Below the pieces are notes generated by a model. That model was not told where the DNA came from and ran no database searches. It saw only the letters and a program-made list of their open reading frames with translations. Position numbers and translations under genes: made by a program. A stretch of 64,000 nt of DNA from an uncultured Candidatus Saccharibacteria bacterium (GTDB taxonomy: Bacteria > Patescibacteriota > Minisyncoccia > Phycocordibacterales > UBA2100): contig CAYNRJ010000001.1 of the NCBI GenBank assembly GCA_964399865.1, forward strand, positions 266,050 through 330,049, in the 5' to 3' direction. Positions 10,390 through 20,443 of this stretch are shown in pieces; the stretch's first letter is position 1; the number at the start of each line of letters is the position of its first letter.

Positions 10390-11375
10390 ACGCTGAAATT
10401 GCGAATGGAGTAGAGATCGTCTTCATTCGGCTTCGCCTCCTGCTTTACAGCTGGATTTGGACTCTCGTTAGATGAAACCTCGTTCGCTGACGCTACCTCT
10501 TCTGGAGTAGCCGTCTGTGCTTCAGGAACCGGAGATACACTTGCGGCGGTCTTCTGCTCTCGAGACAAAAGGTCACGAATGGCGGCAAGGTCGTCGACTG
10601 AGAAAAATTCGATAAGCACCTTTCCGCCCTGATCTTTTTTCTCGATGCGAACACGGGTACCAAGCGATTCGGTTAACTCACGCTCTAATAGAAGAAGTTC
10701 CGGTGTTAGATCAGGCTTGCGAGCACGCTCTGTCGCTATGCGACGCGCCACTTGTTCGGCATCACGCACGGTGAGCTTACGCGTCATGATCTCGTGGAAT
10801 AGGGTTTTCTGCTCCTCGGGACGATCTGTGAGCATAAGAAGAGGTCTCGTATGACCTTCGTTGATATCACCAGCCGCGAGCGAATTCTGCATCTCTTCAG
10901 GGAGCATGAGAATGCGCAGAGTGTTCGAGACATACTCACGGCTCTTTCCTACCCGTTTCCCTATTTCCGTGTGCTTCAAACCGAATTCTTTAAAAAGCCG
11001 ATCGAATGCCTTTGCTCTGTCTATCGCATTCAAATCCTCACGTTGCAGGTTCTCAATGATCGCAAGCTCCAGTTTCATCCGATCGTCGTCCTCTCCGTTT
11101 CGAATGACAACAGGTACCTGTAAGATTCCCGCTAATTTCGCAGCGCGGAGTCTGCGTTCTCCAGCGATAAGCTCGTATTCGACTGAAATACCCTCTCCGG
11201 GACGCTCTACTTCCTTTCGCGTGACGGTAAGGGGTTGGAGTACTCCGTACTGACGAATCGACTCGGAAAGCGACGAAAGTGCCGTCTCATCAAAGACTTT
11301 GCGTGGTTGAAATGGGTTAGGTTTTATTCGCTCCACTTCCACCCAAAAAATAGCATCGCCGTAATATCCCGACAT
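10386..11375 (-). CDS. parB: ParB/Spo0J partition protein
   Basis: PNPFQPRK, LIAGERRLRA, IENLQREDL, HTH region. Confidence 0.93.
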   Translation of the reverse strand: MSGYYGDAIFWVEVERIKPNPFQPRKVFDETALSSLSESIRQYGVLQPLTVTRKEVERPGEGISVEYELIAGERRLRAAKLAGILQVPVVIRNGEDDDRMKLELAIIENLQREDLNAIDRAKAFDRLFKEFGLKHTEIGKRVGKSREYVSNTLRILMLPEEMQNSLAAGDINEGHTRPLLMLTDRPEEQKTLFHEIMTRKLTVRDAEQVARRIATERARKPDLTPELLLLERELTESLGTRVRIEKKDQGGKVLIEFFSVDDLAAIRDLLSREQKTAASVSPVPEAQTATPEEVASANEVSSNESPNPAVKQEAKPNEDDLYSIRNFSV

Positions 11376-11405
11376 GCCGAAAATTATATCACGCTACTTT
11401 TATAT

Positions 11406-11532
11406 TTTGTGCCGGGAGAGAGAATCGGTCACGGGTTTTCGCGTGCTCGCGAAACCCGCTACCCTGCCTCACTCGCCTACGCTCGCTCCGGCCTTCGATT
11501 CTCTGCTCCTTTCTCGCTTCGCTCGAAATTTG
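11406..11532 (-). repeat. tRNA-trailing structured element (Leu copy)
   Basis: 22-bp direct repeat of the tRNA 3' end (11406-11427 = 11529-11550), inverted T-arm copy at 11494-11504, internal hairpin; core motifs shared with the Trp and Tyr copies. Confidence 0.75.
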
Positions 11533-11614
11533 TGCCGGGAGAGAGAATCGAACTCTCACATCTTGCGATACACGATTTTGAGTCGTGCGCGTCTACCAAT
11601 TCCGCCATCCCGGC
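11533..11614 (-). tRNA. tRNA-Leu(CAA)
   Basis: GCCGGGA/TCCCGGC acceptor, CACGA-CTCAAAA-TCGTG anticodon arm, long variable arm. Confidence 0.95.
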
Positions 11615-11669
11615 AATGGGCCCGCGAAAGACTCGCGTAGGCGGCCAGAGTGTCTATAATACGCCAGCT

Positions 11670-12569
11670 ATGGGTAAGAAACAAAAGGTGCTGATCCTGG
11701 TGGGACCCACATCCTCCGGCAAAAGCGCTCTCGCTGTCGAGCTCGCAAAGAAGCTAGATGGTGAGATTATTTCCGCTGATTCTCGGCAAGTATACAGAGG
11801 GCTTAATATCGGAACTGGGAAGATTACGAAACGCGAAATGAGAGGGGTGCGCCATCACCTTTTGGACGTCGCATCCCCGAGGCGCATATTTACTGCACAC
11901 GAATACGAGAGCGCTGCACGAAGTGTGATCAATGAAATCGCTGCGCGCGGGAAACTGCCCATTATTGCCGGCGGTACCGGATTCTATATAGATGCGCTCG
12001 TGGGCCGCATTACCCTTCCCAACGTACCTGTAAATACAAAATTGCGAGCGATTCTTGAAAAAAAGACTGCAATGCAGCTGTTTGCCCTTTTAAATAAGCG
12101 AGACAAGGAGCGAGCAAAAAACATAGACCCGCACAACTCACGACGACTTATCCGCGCACTCGAGATCGTATCAGCTCTCGGGTCAGTCCCCCACCCTCCC
12201 GCACATCGTGCTTCGTACGATACTCTGTGGATTGGTATCGAGTCGCCGCTTTCGGAACTTCTAGAAAAGATCAAGGTGCGACTTTCCGCGCGTATAAGAC
12301 AAGGCATGGTTGGCGAAGCAAAGAAGCTTCGAGCAGGTGGATTATCATGGAAACGAATGGAGTCCCTCGGGCTTGAATACCGTGCTCTCGCTCGCCTACT
12401 TCAAAACAAGATCACGAGAAAGGAATTTGAATCAGAACTTCTTGGAGAAATTCGACGCTATGCAAAACGCCAGATTACATATTGGAAACGCAATAAAGAC
12501 ATTCTATGGTTTGAGAAGTTTAAAAAAACTACCATTGAGAGACACGTGCTGGCATGGCTGAAAGAATAA
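11670..12569 (+). CDS. miaA: tRNA dimethylallyltransferase
   Basis: GPTSSGKS, ISADSRQVY, GGTGFY, YAKRQITY; true start ATG 11670 after TATAAT. The longer ORF-track version runs antisense through tRNA-Leu. Confidence 0.95.
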   Translation: MGKKQKVLILVGPTSSGKSALAVELAKKLDGEIISADSRQVYRGLNIGTGKITKREMRGVRHHLLDVASPRRIFTAHEYESAARSVINEIAARGKLPIIAGGTGFYIDALVGRITLPNVPVNTKLRAILEKKTAMQLFALLNKRDKERAKNIDPHNSRRLIRALEIVSALGSVPHPPAHRASYDTLWIGIESPLSELLEKIKVRLSARIRQGMVGEAKKLRAGGLSWKRMESLGLEYRALARLLQNKITRKEFESELLGEIRRYAKRQITYWKRNKDILWFEKFKKTTIERHVLAWLKE

Positions 12570-12741
12570 TGCGGGCGATGTAGGAATCTCCTTCGCCTCT
12601 CAGCTCGCCGTCGCTCGCTTCGGACTAGGCACCGCCTCACTGCCTCGCCTGCTGGCTCGGCAACGTTCCGGCGTTCGATTCCTACTCGCGCAATGCGCAG
12701 GCATTGCGCTATCGCACCGCAAAACACTTCGTGTCATTTTG
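12570..12741 (-). repeat. tRNA-trailing structured element (Trp copy)
   Basis: 19-bp direct repeat 12570-12588 = 12740-12758; inverted T-arm copy GTTCGATTCCTAC at 12673-12685; core closely similar to the Tyr copy. Confidence 0.85.
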
Positions 12742-12812
12742 CGGGCGATGTAGGAATCGAACCTACGACGTCGGTTTTGGAGACCGAAGTTATACCATTT
12801 AACTAATCGCCC
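12742..12812 (-). tRNA. tRNA-Trp(CCA)
   Basis: GGGCGAT/ATCGCCC acceptor, TCGGT-CTCCAAA-ACCGA anticodon arm, GGTTCGATTCC. Confidence 0.95.
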
Positions 12813-12859
12813 TTCGGTGAAAGTATAGGGCTAGAAGGTGGAAGCTCAAAGCGAGAGGC

Positions 12860-13018
12860 TTATTTCTTGGCTTCTTTGTGCTTCGTGTGAGCTCTGCACC
12901 ATTTGCAGAATTTCTTCAATTCAATCTTGCGCTCCACCAACTTCCTATTCTTGCGCGACCAATAGTTAATGCGGCCGCACTTCTGGCAAGCAATCTTTAT
13001 TAGTTGATCCTGGGACAT
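12860..13018 (-). CDS. rpmG: 50S ribosomal protein L33 (Zn-binding form)
   Basis: Manual translation MSQDQLIKIACQKCGRINYWSRKNRKLVERKIELKKFCKWCRAHTKHKEAKK; below the ORF-track length cutoff; upstream of tRNA-Trp as in many bacteria. Confidence 0.92.
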   Translation of the reverse strand: MSQDQLIKIACQKCGRINYWSRKNRKLVERKIELKKFCKWCRAHTKHKEAKK

Positions 13019-13051
13019 AGCTCAGCACTATACAGAAGTGATTGGAGGGAG

Positions 13052-13534
13052 TCAATCACACAGCGGCTCCCACGGCCTGAGGAGGCCTGCAGGCATTCCG
13101 CTCTCTTCACCGGTCTCCGGATCAGTAGGCCGGTCAGCAAGTAATACGCGCATGAGCGTATCCACCACAAGCCACCCCACAAGGATGATAATAAGTCCGA
13201 CAAACACGTTGGTGAATATGCTTCGCGCTTCGTGCGCCTTACTCGCGCTGCCCCCCGCGGTGACGTGCTTCCAACCGGCCCATGCGAACATAATCGCGGA
13301 GAAAAATATGGCGATATAAATGCCCCCATTTAGCACCCTTTTGGCGAGCTCTCCGATGTGGCAAACGGTGCACTCAGTCCCCTCTTTTACACCATCTCCA
13401 TCCCTATCGATGGCTACGCCGTCACATGGAACTATCTGCTCACCAAACCCCGCCGCAGCAAAGGCGATCGACGGCAACAAGGACATCAGTACGATGAATC
13501 CGAGGACCCAACCCACCGCTAACTTGCGATACAT
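13052..13534 (-). CDS. VirB2/TrbC-like pilin-type membrane protein
   Basis: Signal peptide ending AFA, IVPC...CTVC segment, two TM helices joined by TAGGSASKAHEARS. Confidence 0.65.
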   Translation of the reverse strand: MYRKLAVGWVLGFIVLMSLLPSIAFAAAGFGEQIVPCDGVAIDRDGDGVKEGTECTVCHIGELAKRVLNGGIYIAIFFSAIMFAWAGWKHVTAGGSASKAHEARSIFTNVFVGLIIILVGWLVVDTLMRVLLADRPTDPETGEESGMPAGLLRPWEPLCD

Positions 13535-13605
13535 GTGAGATATTGTAACACCAAAAAACATTCGCCCCTCGCTCACTTTTTGCTTTTAGGTATAATCAAC
13601 CCGTT

Positions 13606-13688
13606 GCGCCGATGGTAGAGCGGTCAAATACGACGCGCTGTAGACGCGTTGCCTTCGGGCTACGGGGGTTCGAATCCCTCTCGGCGCA
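13606..13688 (+). tRNA. tRNA-Tyr(GTA)
   Basis: GCGCCGA/TCGGCGC acceptor, ACGCG-CTGTAGA-CGCGT anticodon arm, long variable arm, GGTTCGAATCC. Confidence 0.95.
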
Positions 13689-13891
13689 CAAAATGAAAAT
13701 ACCGGCCTCGTGCCGGTCGTTTTCTTTTTGTGGCACGAAGCGAGCTGCCTGCGCAGCTTGCGAGGGGGATTCGAACGCCGGAACGATGCGAGGCGAGGCG
13801 AGTACGCCGAGCCGTGAGGCGGTGCCTAGCCCGAGTCGAGCGACGGCGAGACAAGAGGCGAAGGAGAATCCCCTTCTCTTCTCGGCGCACA
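13689..13891 (+). repeat. tRNA-trailing structured element (Tyr copy)
   Basis: Antisense T-arm GGGATTCGAAC at 13766-13776, conserved core, interrupted duplicate of the tRNA 3' end at 13866-13891. Confidence 0.85.
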
Positions 13892-13894
13892 CAA

Positions 13895-13924
13895 ATAAAA
13901 CACCGCCAATTGGCGGTGTTTTAT
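13895..13924. terminator. Bidirectional terminator between the tRNA-Tyr element and clpB
   Basis: Perfect palindrome ATAAAACACCGCCAATTGGCGGTGTTTTAT between convergent units. Confidence 0.75.
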
Positions 13925-13942
13925 AATTGATGACCCAAGCTA

Positions 13943-16633
13943 TTAAGCTGTTGATCCGATCTTCGCCCGCGCACGAACGCCCCGAGCTCGTTCTGGACCT
14001 TTTCTGACGTCAAAGGTGAACTCCCCGTCTTTGATATCAACGAATACAGAGCCGCCCTCCATGACACCACGAGCCACCATAAAGTTCGCAACTGGAGTCA
14101 TGATCTTCGTCTGGATAAGACGCTTCAGAGGACGCGCTCCATACTGAGGGTTGTACCCTTCTTTTGCGAGATACTCGATGACACCTTGAGATACCGAGAG
14201 CGCGATCCTCTTTTCTTCAAGACGCTTCGCAACGATATCCACCTGCATTCTCACGATATCCATGATTGCATCACGAGAGAGAATGTTGAAGAGAATTATT
14301 TCGTCTAGACGGTTGAGGAATTCCGGACGGAAGACATCCTTAAGGGATCCCATGACCTTGTCCTTCACCTGATCATAGCGCTCTCCCTCAGTCTTTGTAA
14401 GGCCACTGCCGAAACCGAGGCCAGACATTTTATCTATGTGCTCAGATCCGATGTTTGAGGTGAGGATGATGACCGTGTTCTTGAAGTTAACAATGCGCCC
14501 CTTCGCATCCGTTAGTCGTCCATTGTCTAGAACCTGGAGAAGTATGTTGAAGACTTCTGGATGTGCTTTTTCTATTTCGTCGAAGAGAATGACTGAATAC
14601 GGTCGGTGACGAACTAATTCTGTGAGACCACCGCCTTCATCATGCCCTACATAACCCGGAGGAGAGCCGATCATTTTCGAGACTGAATGCTTCTCCATGT
14701 ATTCCGACATATCGACGCGGATGAGTGTCTTTTCACTGTCGAAAAGGAATTCTGCGAGTGAGCGTGTAAGCTCAGTCTTTCCAACTCCTGTTGGTCCAAG
14801 GAAGAGAAAACTCCCTACCGGACGATTAGGGTCAGAGATACCGGCACGACTCCGCTTGATTGCATCTGCGACTTTTTGTACTGCCTCGTCTTGTCCCACA
14901 ATGCGCTTTTTGAGTTCTGCCTCCATGCGAGAAAGTTTTTCCGCTTCTTCCTCAAGCATTCGTGAGACCGGCACCCCAGTCCAGCGGGACACAACAGAGG
15001 CAATATCCTCTTCAGTAATCTCCTCTTTCAACACACGACGTGTCGCCTGCAATTTCTTGAGGCGCTTCGTTGCAGTCTCAATCTCTTTCTCAAGATGAGG
15101 AATCTTCGCATATCGAATTTCTGCAGCCTTCGTGAGATCGACTGCGCTTTCTGCACTTTCTGCATCAATACGTGCTTTCTCTAGCTCATTCTTTGCACGT
15201 TTAATTTCTGCGAGTGTCTCTTTCTCGTTCTTCCATTTAAGCTCGAGCTCGCGTGTTGAATCCTTTAGGTCGGCGACTTCCTTCTCGATGGATTCTGTTC
15301 TTGTGCGGGCCTTGCTTTCGCCTTCCGTTGCTTCCTTCTTTAGAGCTTCGCGCTCAATCTCAAGACGCGTGATCTTTCTGTGCGCGTCCTCAAGAAGCGG
15401 CGGCTTGTTCTCAAGGGAAAGTCTGAGAGCAGAAGATGCTTCATCAATTAGGTCTATCGCCTTGTCAGGGAGGAAACGCTCAGTGATGTAGCGAGATGAA
15501 AGCTGGACTGCAGCTACGATAGCGGCATCGGTTATGTGAACTCCATGATAGAGCTCATAGCGTTCCTTGAGCCCCCGAAGGATCGCGATTGCATCCTCAA
15601 CCGTTGGCTCGTTCACATAGACCGGCTGGAATCGTCTTGTGAGCGCAGGATCGTGTTCGATGTGTCTCTGATACTCCTTCAAGGTCGTGGCCCCGATCAC
15701 GCGGATTTCGCCGCGAGCGAGCGCGGGCTTCAACATGTTGGAAGCATCCATCGAGCCTTCAGCAGCCCCTGCTCCTACGAGAGTATGTATCTCGTCAATA
15801 AAGAGAATGATCTTACCTTCCGAACGCTCAACTTCTTTCATGACTGCCTTCAAGCGCTCTTCAAATTCTCCACGATATTTCGTACCAGCGATGAGGAGTC
15901 CAAGATCAAGTTGGACCAATTCCTTCCCACGAAGCGATTCCGGCACATCGCTCGAAGCGATGCGCTGTGCGAGTCCTTCTGCAACTGCAGTCTTTCCAAC
16001 ACCTGCTTCTCCAATGAGTATCGGGTTATTTTTTGTACGACGGCTAAGGATCTGGATCACGCGAGTTATTTCTGTATCGCGACCAATGACGGGATCGAGT
16101 TTATTCTCGCGAGCGCGTTCGGTAAGAGAGCGAGCGAAACGAGCGAGAGCCCGCGGCTTCTTTGGCTCTTCCACATCGCGAATCTTCCCTTCTTTAATGT
16201 CGGAAAGAACGCGTGCAAGGGTCGCGCGGTCAATCCTGAATCGTGCGAGGATCTCCTGTGCAGGTCCTGGATGTTCTATGAGACCAAGTAGAAGATGTTC
16301 TGGAGAGACGAACTGATCATTGAAGGATGCGGCGATCCTTGGAGCGGCCTCGAACACTCGCACCAATTCCGGTGTCAGGTACAGCTGAAACGACGGAGAA
16401 ACCGTGGTACTTCCCGTTGAACCCTCTATAAGCTCTAAGACAGAATCGGTGAGATGGGCGACGTCTATATCTACCTGCTCGAGCATAGGTAGTACCATCG
16501 ACTCCTCTTGAGTAAGGAGTGCTGCAAGAAGATGTAGAGTGGATACCTGATTGTGCCCCCGCTCTACAGCCAGCTGGTGGGCTCTGTGTATCGCCTCTTT
16601 AGCTTTTGTTGTGTAGTTATGAAATGGAGCCAT
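13943..16633 (-). CDS. clpB: ATP-dependent chaperone ClpB
   Basis: Clp N-domain, two AAA+ modules ([16 protein letters not shown]), long coiled-coil M domain, GARPLKR. Confidence 0.93.
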   Translation of the reverse strand: MAPFHNYTTKAKEAIHRAHQLAVERGHNQVSTLHLLAALLTQEESMVLPMLEQVDIDVAHLTDSVLELIEGSTGSTTVSPSFQLYLTPELVRVFEAAPRIAASFNDQFVSPEHLLLGLIEHPGPAQEILARFRIDRATLARVLSDIKEGKIRDVEEPKKPRALARFARSLTERARENKLDPVIGRDTEITRVIQILSRRTKNNPILIGEAGVGKTAVAEGLAQRIASSDVPESLRGKELVQLDLGLLIAGTKYRGEFEERLKAVMKEVERSEGKIILFIDEIHTLVGAGAAEGSMDASNMLKPALARGEIRVIGATTLKEYQRHIEHDPALTRRFQPVYVNEPTVEDAIAILRGLKERYELYHGVHITDAAIVAAVQLSSRYITERFLPDKAIDLIDEASSALRLSLENKPPLLEDAHRKITRLEIEREALKKEATEGESKARTRTESIEKEVADLKDSTRELELKWKNEKETLAEIKRAKNELEKARIDAESAESAVDLTKAAEIRYAKIPHLEKEIETATKRLKKLQATRRVLKEEITEEDIASVVSRWTGVPVSRMLEEEAEKLSRMEAELKKRIVGQDEAVQKVADAIKRSRAGISDPNRPVGSFLFLGPTGVGKTELTRSLAEFLFDSEKTLIRVDMSEYMEKHSVSKMIGSPPGYVGHDEGGGLTELVRHRPYSVILFDEIEKAHPEVFNILLQVLDNGRLTDAKGRIVNFKNTVIILTSNIGSEHIDKMSGLGFGSGLTKTEGERYDQVKDKVMGSLKDVFRPEFLNRLDEIILFNILSRDAIMDIVRMQVDIVAKRLEEKRIALSVSQGVIEYLAKEGYNPQYGARPLKRLIQTKIMTPVANFMVARGVMEGGSVFVDIKDGEFTFDVRKGPERARGVRARAKIGSTA

Positions 16634-16639
16634 ACGATT

Positions 16640-17455
16640 TTATTCTACTTTATTTTCTGTTTCCGTCACAAGTTGTTTAAGGAGAGACGTTGAGGCGATA
16701 AAGCCCCCTGGAGATGACGCGCGAGAGACCGAGGTGCTTACACCGATCACTTCCCCATCAGTATTGATAAGGGGTGCGCCCTCTACTATTCCTCCCGGCG
16801 CAATATTTGTATCAATGATTGTACCTACTGGCTCTTTCCCTGGGACAAGAGCTGCTACGAGACCGTCCTCCACGCGCAAGATCGATTTGCCGGAGAATGT
16901 CACAACGCTTTGTCCAAGAAGTGGACTGCCGCCCGCAAGAATCGCCGGTTTTAGTGTAGGGGTAGTCGTCGACAAAGCAGCTTGCAAGAACGTGAGTCCC
17001 GAATCTTTTTCAGAGGAGCCAACGACCGCAGACATGCGTGTACCATCGGAGAGAGCGACAACAACTTCTTTCAAATCCCCAACTGCTGCTCCATCACTTA
17101 CGATAGAGCCTTCAGTACTGAGCACAACTCCAAATCCCAAAAATGTAGCTGTTTCCGCATCGGAGTTATATAGACGTACCACGCTTGGCGAAACGCGCGT
17201 CACAGCCTGAGATATGAGCTCGCTTTCTTTCACGACGACTGTGTGTTCTCGAACAACCGCTGCTGCAGCTCCCTGACTTGCGGGAACGACGGTTTCGACG
17301 GTGCGTTCGATGACACGATTCACCGTTTGAGCAATGACTGGAGGAGCCTGGTCCATGAGCGAGACCGTGACGATACCTGTTGCGATCGAAGTAACGAAAG
17401 AGACAAGGAGAGTGAGGAGGACTATCTGTGATTTGTTGAGTTGTTCAATGTTCAT
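16640..17455 (-). CDS. Membrane-anchored trypsin-like (HtrA-family) protein, catalytic residues apparently lost, no PDZ
   Basis: TM anchor, VSPSVV, GFGVVLSTEGSIVS, GAPLINTDGEVIGV. Confidence 0.7.
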   Translation of the reverse strand: MNIEQLNKSQIVLLTLLVSFVTSIATGIVTVSLMDQAPPVIAQTVNRVIERTVETVVPASQGAAAAVVREHTVVVKESELISQAVTRVSPSVVRLYNSDAETATFLGFGVVLSTEGSIVSDGAAVGDLKEVVVALSDGTRMSAVVGSSEKDSGLTFLQAALSTTTPTLKPAILAGGSPLLGQSVVTFSGKSILRVEDGLVAALVPGKEPVGTIIDTNIAPGGIVEGAPLINTDGEVIGVSTSVSRASSPGGFIASTSLLKQLVTETENKVE

Positions 17456-17507
17456 GTCACTAGTAGTGTAGCACTCCCGTATACTCTCTGCAAAATGTCA
17501 AGAGAAT

Positions 17508-18695
17508 TTAACCAGATAATTGGCGATATTTTGTAATACTGCTCACAAGAACCTCTGAGGTTCTCAAAATATCCGATTTTGTCGTATCTTTTCCGAGAGA
17601 GAACCGAAGCGTATTACGTGCTCGCCATTCTTCCCCTCCTAGCGCGGCCACCACATGAGAAGAGCCTTCCGCAGATCTGCAGGCGCTCTTTGTGGATATC
17701 GCGATCCCGTCGTGATCAAGCGCAAGCGTTATATACTCGCTCGAGATATCTGGTATCGAGATATTGAGCATGTGCGGAAGTGTATGTTTTAGATTTCCGT
17801 TTACCAAAAGCTTCGGAATGGCTTTCTCTAATTCTTTGACGAGGAGATCTCGTAATTCTTTAAGACGAGTACTCTCATTTTTTCGATCGATCGAAATCAA
17901 TTCCAAAGCTTTCGCGATTCCCGCTGCGGGCACTACATTTTCTGTTCCCGCTCGAAGTCCTTTTTCCTGACTCCCCCCAAAAAGTATTGGCAAGAGAGAG
18001 TCCGGCGCTTCAACGTACAGTACACCGCACGACCGCGGACCGTATAATTTTCCACCGCCGAGTGAAAGTAAATCCACACCGAGCGTGTGCACTTGAGGAG
18101 AAAGATAGAGTGGTGCTTGTCCCGCGTCGCTGTGAAAGAGAATCGTCTGCCCTGCCCTCTTCCCATGAACTACTCGTGCAAGATCTGAGAGTGGCTGTAG
18201 TACCCCTATCTCATTATTCGCCCAACCGATAGAAACAAAAACCGTTTCGGGTCGAATTGCACGAGAAAGTATGTCGGCCGAAAATCTACCATCTGCATCT
18301 GGATCGATGAAGGTTACGCTTCCTCCCATCTTTTCAATTTCAGAAAAACATTCGAGAACTGAATCGTGCTCGATGGAACTTACAATCCAGTGAGTGCTAT
18401 CGATCTTACGGCCCGCTGCTTCCAATTTTCGCGCGTGACCCAAGATGGCAAGATTATTACTCTCGGTAAGACCTGAGGTAAAAATAATCTGTCGTGATTT
18501 GCACCCTAGTTCCAGAGCAACAGCATCACGCGCAGCCTCTAAGGTCTTCTTCGCCTCGACACCTTCTTTATGTATCCCTCCTGGATTTGCGAATGATTCC
18601 TCAGCTCTGCCCATCGCACGGAGGACTTCCGGTAAGATCGGCGTCGCGCTCGAGTGGTCGAGATATACCCTCCTCTTCCTAAAGAAACCAAACAT
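17508..18695 (-). CDS. Cysteine desulfurase (IscS/NifS class V PLP enzyme)
   Basis: YLDHSSATP, FTSGLTESNN, NNEIG, HSDAGQ, GKLYGP, STKSAC catalytic Cys; start set at ATG 18695. Confidence 0.9.
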   Translation of the reverse strand: MFGFFRKRRVYLDHSSATPILPEVLRAMGRAEESFANPGGIHKEGVEAKKTLEAARDAVALELGCKSRQIIFTSGLTESNNLAILGHARKLEAAGRKIDSTHWIVSSIEHDSVLECFSEIEKMGGSVTFIDPDADGRFSADILSRAIRPETVFVSIGWANNEIGVLQPLSDLARVVHGKRAGQTILFHSDAGQAPLYLSPQVHTLGVDLLSLGGGKLYGPRSCGVLYVEAPDSLLPILFGGSQEKGLRAGTENVVPAAGIAKALELISIDRKNESTRLKELRDLLVKELEKAIPKLLVNGNLKHTLPHMLNISIPDISSEYITLALDHDGIAISTKSACRSAEGSSHVVAALGGEEWRARNTLRFSLGKDTTKSDILRTSEVLVSSITKYRQLSG

Positions 18696-18768
18696 AGGGC
18701 CATTGTAGGGGCATAGGAGACTATTGGCTAGAGCGACTCTCAATCGGTCCATAGAAGCCGAAAGTGGG

Positions 18769-18836
18769 AGGCATCCCGCGGCGGTATTTCGGCGGAGGAG
18801 TGGCTCAAACCACCGAAATACCGCCGCGGGATGCCT
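18769..18836. repeat. 24-bp perfect inverted repeat
   Basis: AGGCATCCCGCGGCGGTATTTCGG (18769-18792) / CCGAAATACCGCCGCGGGATGCCT (18813-18836). Confidence 0.85.
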
Positions 18837-18927
18837 AAAGCGAAATACATAAATGTACCCTAGTACTCACCCCCTTTTTATCGTATACTGCGCGGCGAAA
18901 CTGCCTCTATGGCAACAAAACACACAT

Positions 18928-20439
18928 ATGGCAAGAGTTCCTACTTTCATCGAGCGTCCTCCTATAGTTGCCGTTCTCGGACACGTTGACCATGGAAAGT
19001 CGACTCTTCTCGACTTCATAAGAAAATCTAATACCGTCGACAAAGAAGCTGGAGGTATCACTCAGCACGTCGCTGCATACGAAGCTGTTCGCGAAAAGGA
19101 CGGTGTGGAGAAGCACATTACGTTCATCGATACTCCGGGACACGCGGCGTTCGCTGCGATCCGTGCACGCGGGGCAAACGTCGCTGACATCGCGATCCTC
19201 GTCGTCGCAGCTGACGATGGGGTCAAGCCACAGACCCTTGAGGCTTTGAAAAGTATTAAGGAGGCTGATATTCCCTTCGTCGTTGCGTTCAACAAAATCG
19301 ATAAGCCAGAGGCAAATCTTGAGCGTGCGCAAGCATCTCTCATGGAAAAAGGAGTGTATTTGGAAAATCTTGGAGGCGATGTGCCATGGGCTGCTATTTC
19401 TGCGAAAAGTGGTCAGGGCGTAAGCGATCTCCTTGATCTCATTCTTCTCGTCGCGGAAGTCACAGAGTTGAAAGGCGACCCAGTCGTACCAGGCTCTGGA
19501 TACGTCATCGAAACTCACCGCGACACGAAACGTGGCATCGCAGCCACCCTCATCGTCACCAATGGAACATTAAAGTCTGGCTCCGCAGTGCTCGCCGGGA
19601 ATGCAATCGCACCGGTGCGAATAATGGAAAGTACGGCGGGCAAATCTCTCCGCGAGGCTTCCCTATCGACTCCGGTCCAACTTATTGGATTCGATGCCCT
19701 ACCACAGGTGGGTACGGAATTTCATGCGTTCAAAAACAAAAAGGATGCCGAGGAAGCACGTGCAGAAATGCCTGTCGTAGCCCCTATTCCAGAAGCACAA
19801 GTGAAAACTGAAGACGGAGAAAAAGCCGAGCACTATTACCTTCCCGTGATTTTGCGAGCGGATACCACGGGTTCCCTCGAGGCCGTGGCCCACGAAGCAG
19901 CTCGTATCGGCGACGAGCACTCCTCGGTCCGCATCGTACTCTCCGGCATCGGCAATATCTCAGAGAACGACATTAAGAGTGCCATCGCGGGTGACGTCCA
20001 TGCAGCAATCATCGGATTCAATGTGAAAGTCGACGTTATTGCAGAAACCATGGCGAGACAGAATTCCATCCCTGTAGAAACTTTCCAGATCATTTACAAA
20101 CTCACAGAACGTCTAGAAGAACTTCTCCAGGAGTCCCGTCCAAAGCGCGTAGTCGAGGAAGTTACAGGTCGCGTAAAGATCTTGAAGCAATTCTCGAGTC
20201 GGAAAGACTCCCACGTGGTCGGCGGATCCGTCATCGAAGGATATTTGGCTCGGGGAGCTGCCGTACGTGTGCTCCGTCGCACCGCACTCCTTGGCGTTGG
20301 TAAGGTTAAGAACTTACAAGCTCATAAAAAAGATACCGACCGCGTAGAAACCAAATCTGAATTCGGAGCACAAATTGAGGCACCCTTTGAGATCGCCGCA
20401 GGCGATGTGTTAGAAGCATTCGTAAAGAAAGAACTCTAA
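18928..20439 (+). CDS. infB: Translation initiation factor IF-2 (lacks the long N-terminal region)
   Basis: RPPIVAVLGHVDHGKS, DTPGH, NKID; followed by rbfA. Confidence 0.95.
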   Translation: MARVPTFIERPPIVAVLGHVDHGKSTLLDFIRKSNTVDKEAGGITQHVAAYEAVREKDGVEKHITFIDTPGHAAFAAIRARGANVADIAILVVAADDGVKPQTLEALKSIKEADIPFVVAFNKIDKPEANLERAQASLMEKGVYLENLGGDVPWAAISAKSGQGVSDLLDLILLVAEVTELKGDPVVPGSGYVIETHRDTKRGIAATLIVTNGTLKSGSAVLAGNAIAPVRIMESTAGKSLREASLSTPVQLIGFDALPQVGTEFHAFKNKKDAEEARAEMPVVAPIPEAQVKTEDGEKAEHYYLPVILRADTTGSLEAVAHEAARIGDEHSSVRIVLSGIGNISENDIKSAIAGDVHAAIIGFNVKVDVIAETMARQNSIPVETFQIIYKLTERLEELLQESRPKRVVEEVTGRVKILKQFSSRKDSHVVGGSVIEGYLARGAAVRVLRRTALLGVGKVKNLQAHKKDTDRVETKSEFGAQIEAPFEIAAGDVLEAFVKKEL

Positions 20440-20443
20440 AACC

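Noticed and set aside
11235-11669. N-terminal extension of MiaA in the ORF track (similar extensions at 22780-22857 and 39904-40104)
   Set aside because: They run through tRNAs, structured elements or neighbouring genes; better starts lie downstream.
13357-13371. CxxCH (CTVCH) heme-binding motif
   Set aside because: Lies in a pilin-like protein with no cytochrome c maturation genes in the window; more likely disulfide cysteines.
11406-13891. tRNA 3'-end duplications as prophage or genomic-island att sites
   Set aside because: Repeats enclose only about 100-180 bp with no integrase or phage genes; reported instead as a small element family.
13596-13930. Overlapping ORFs across tRNA-Tyr and its element (also 12458-12727 and 44376-44668)
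   Set aside because: Shadow frames over GC-rich non-coding structure with no protein motifs.
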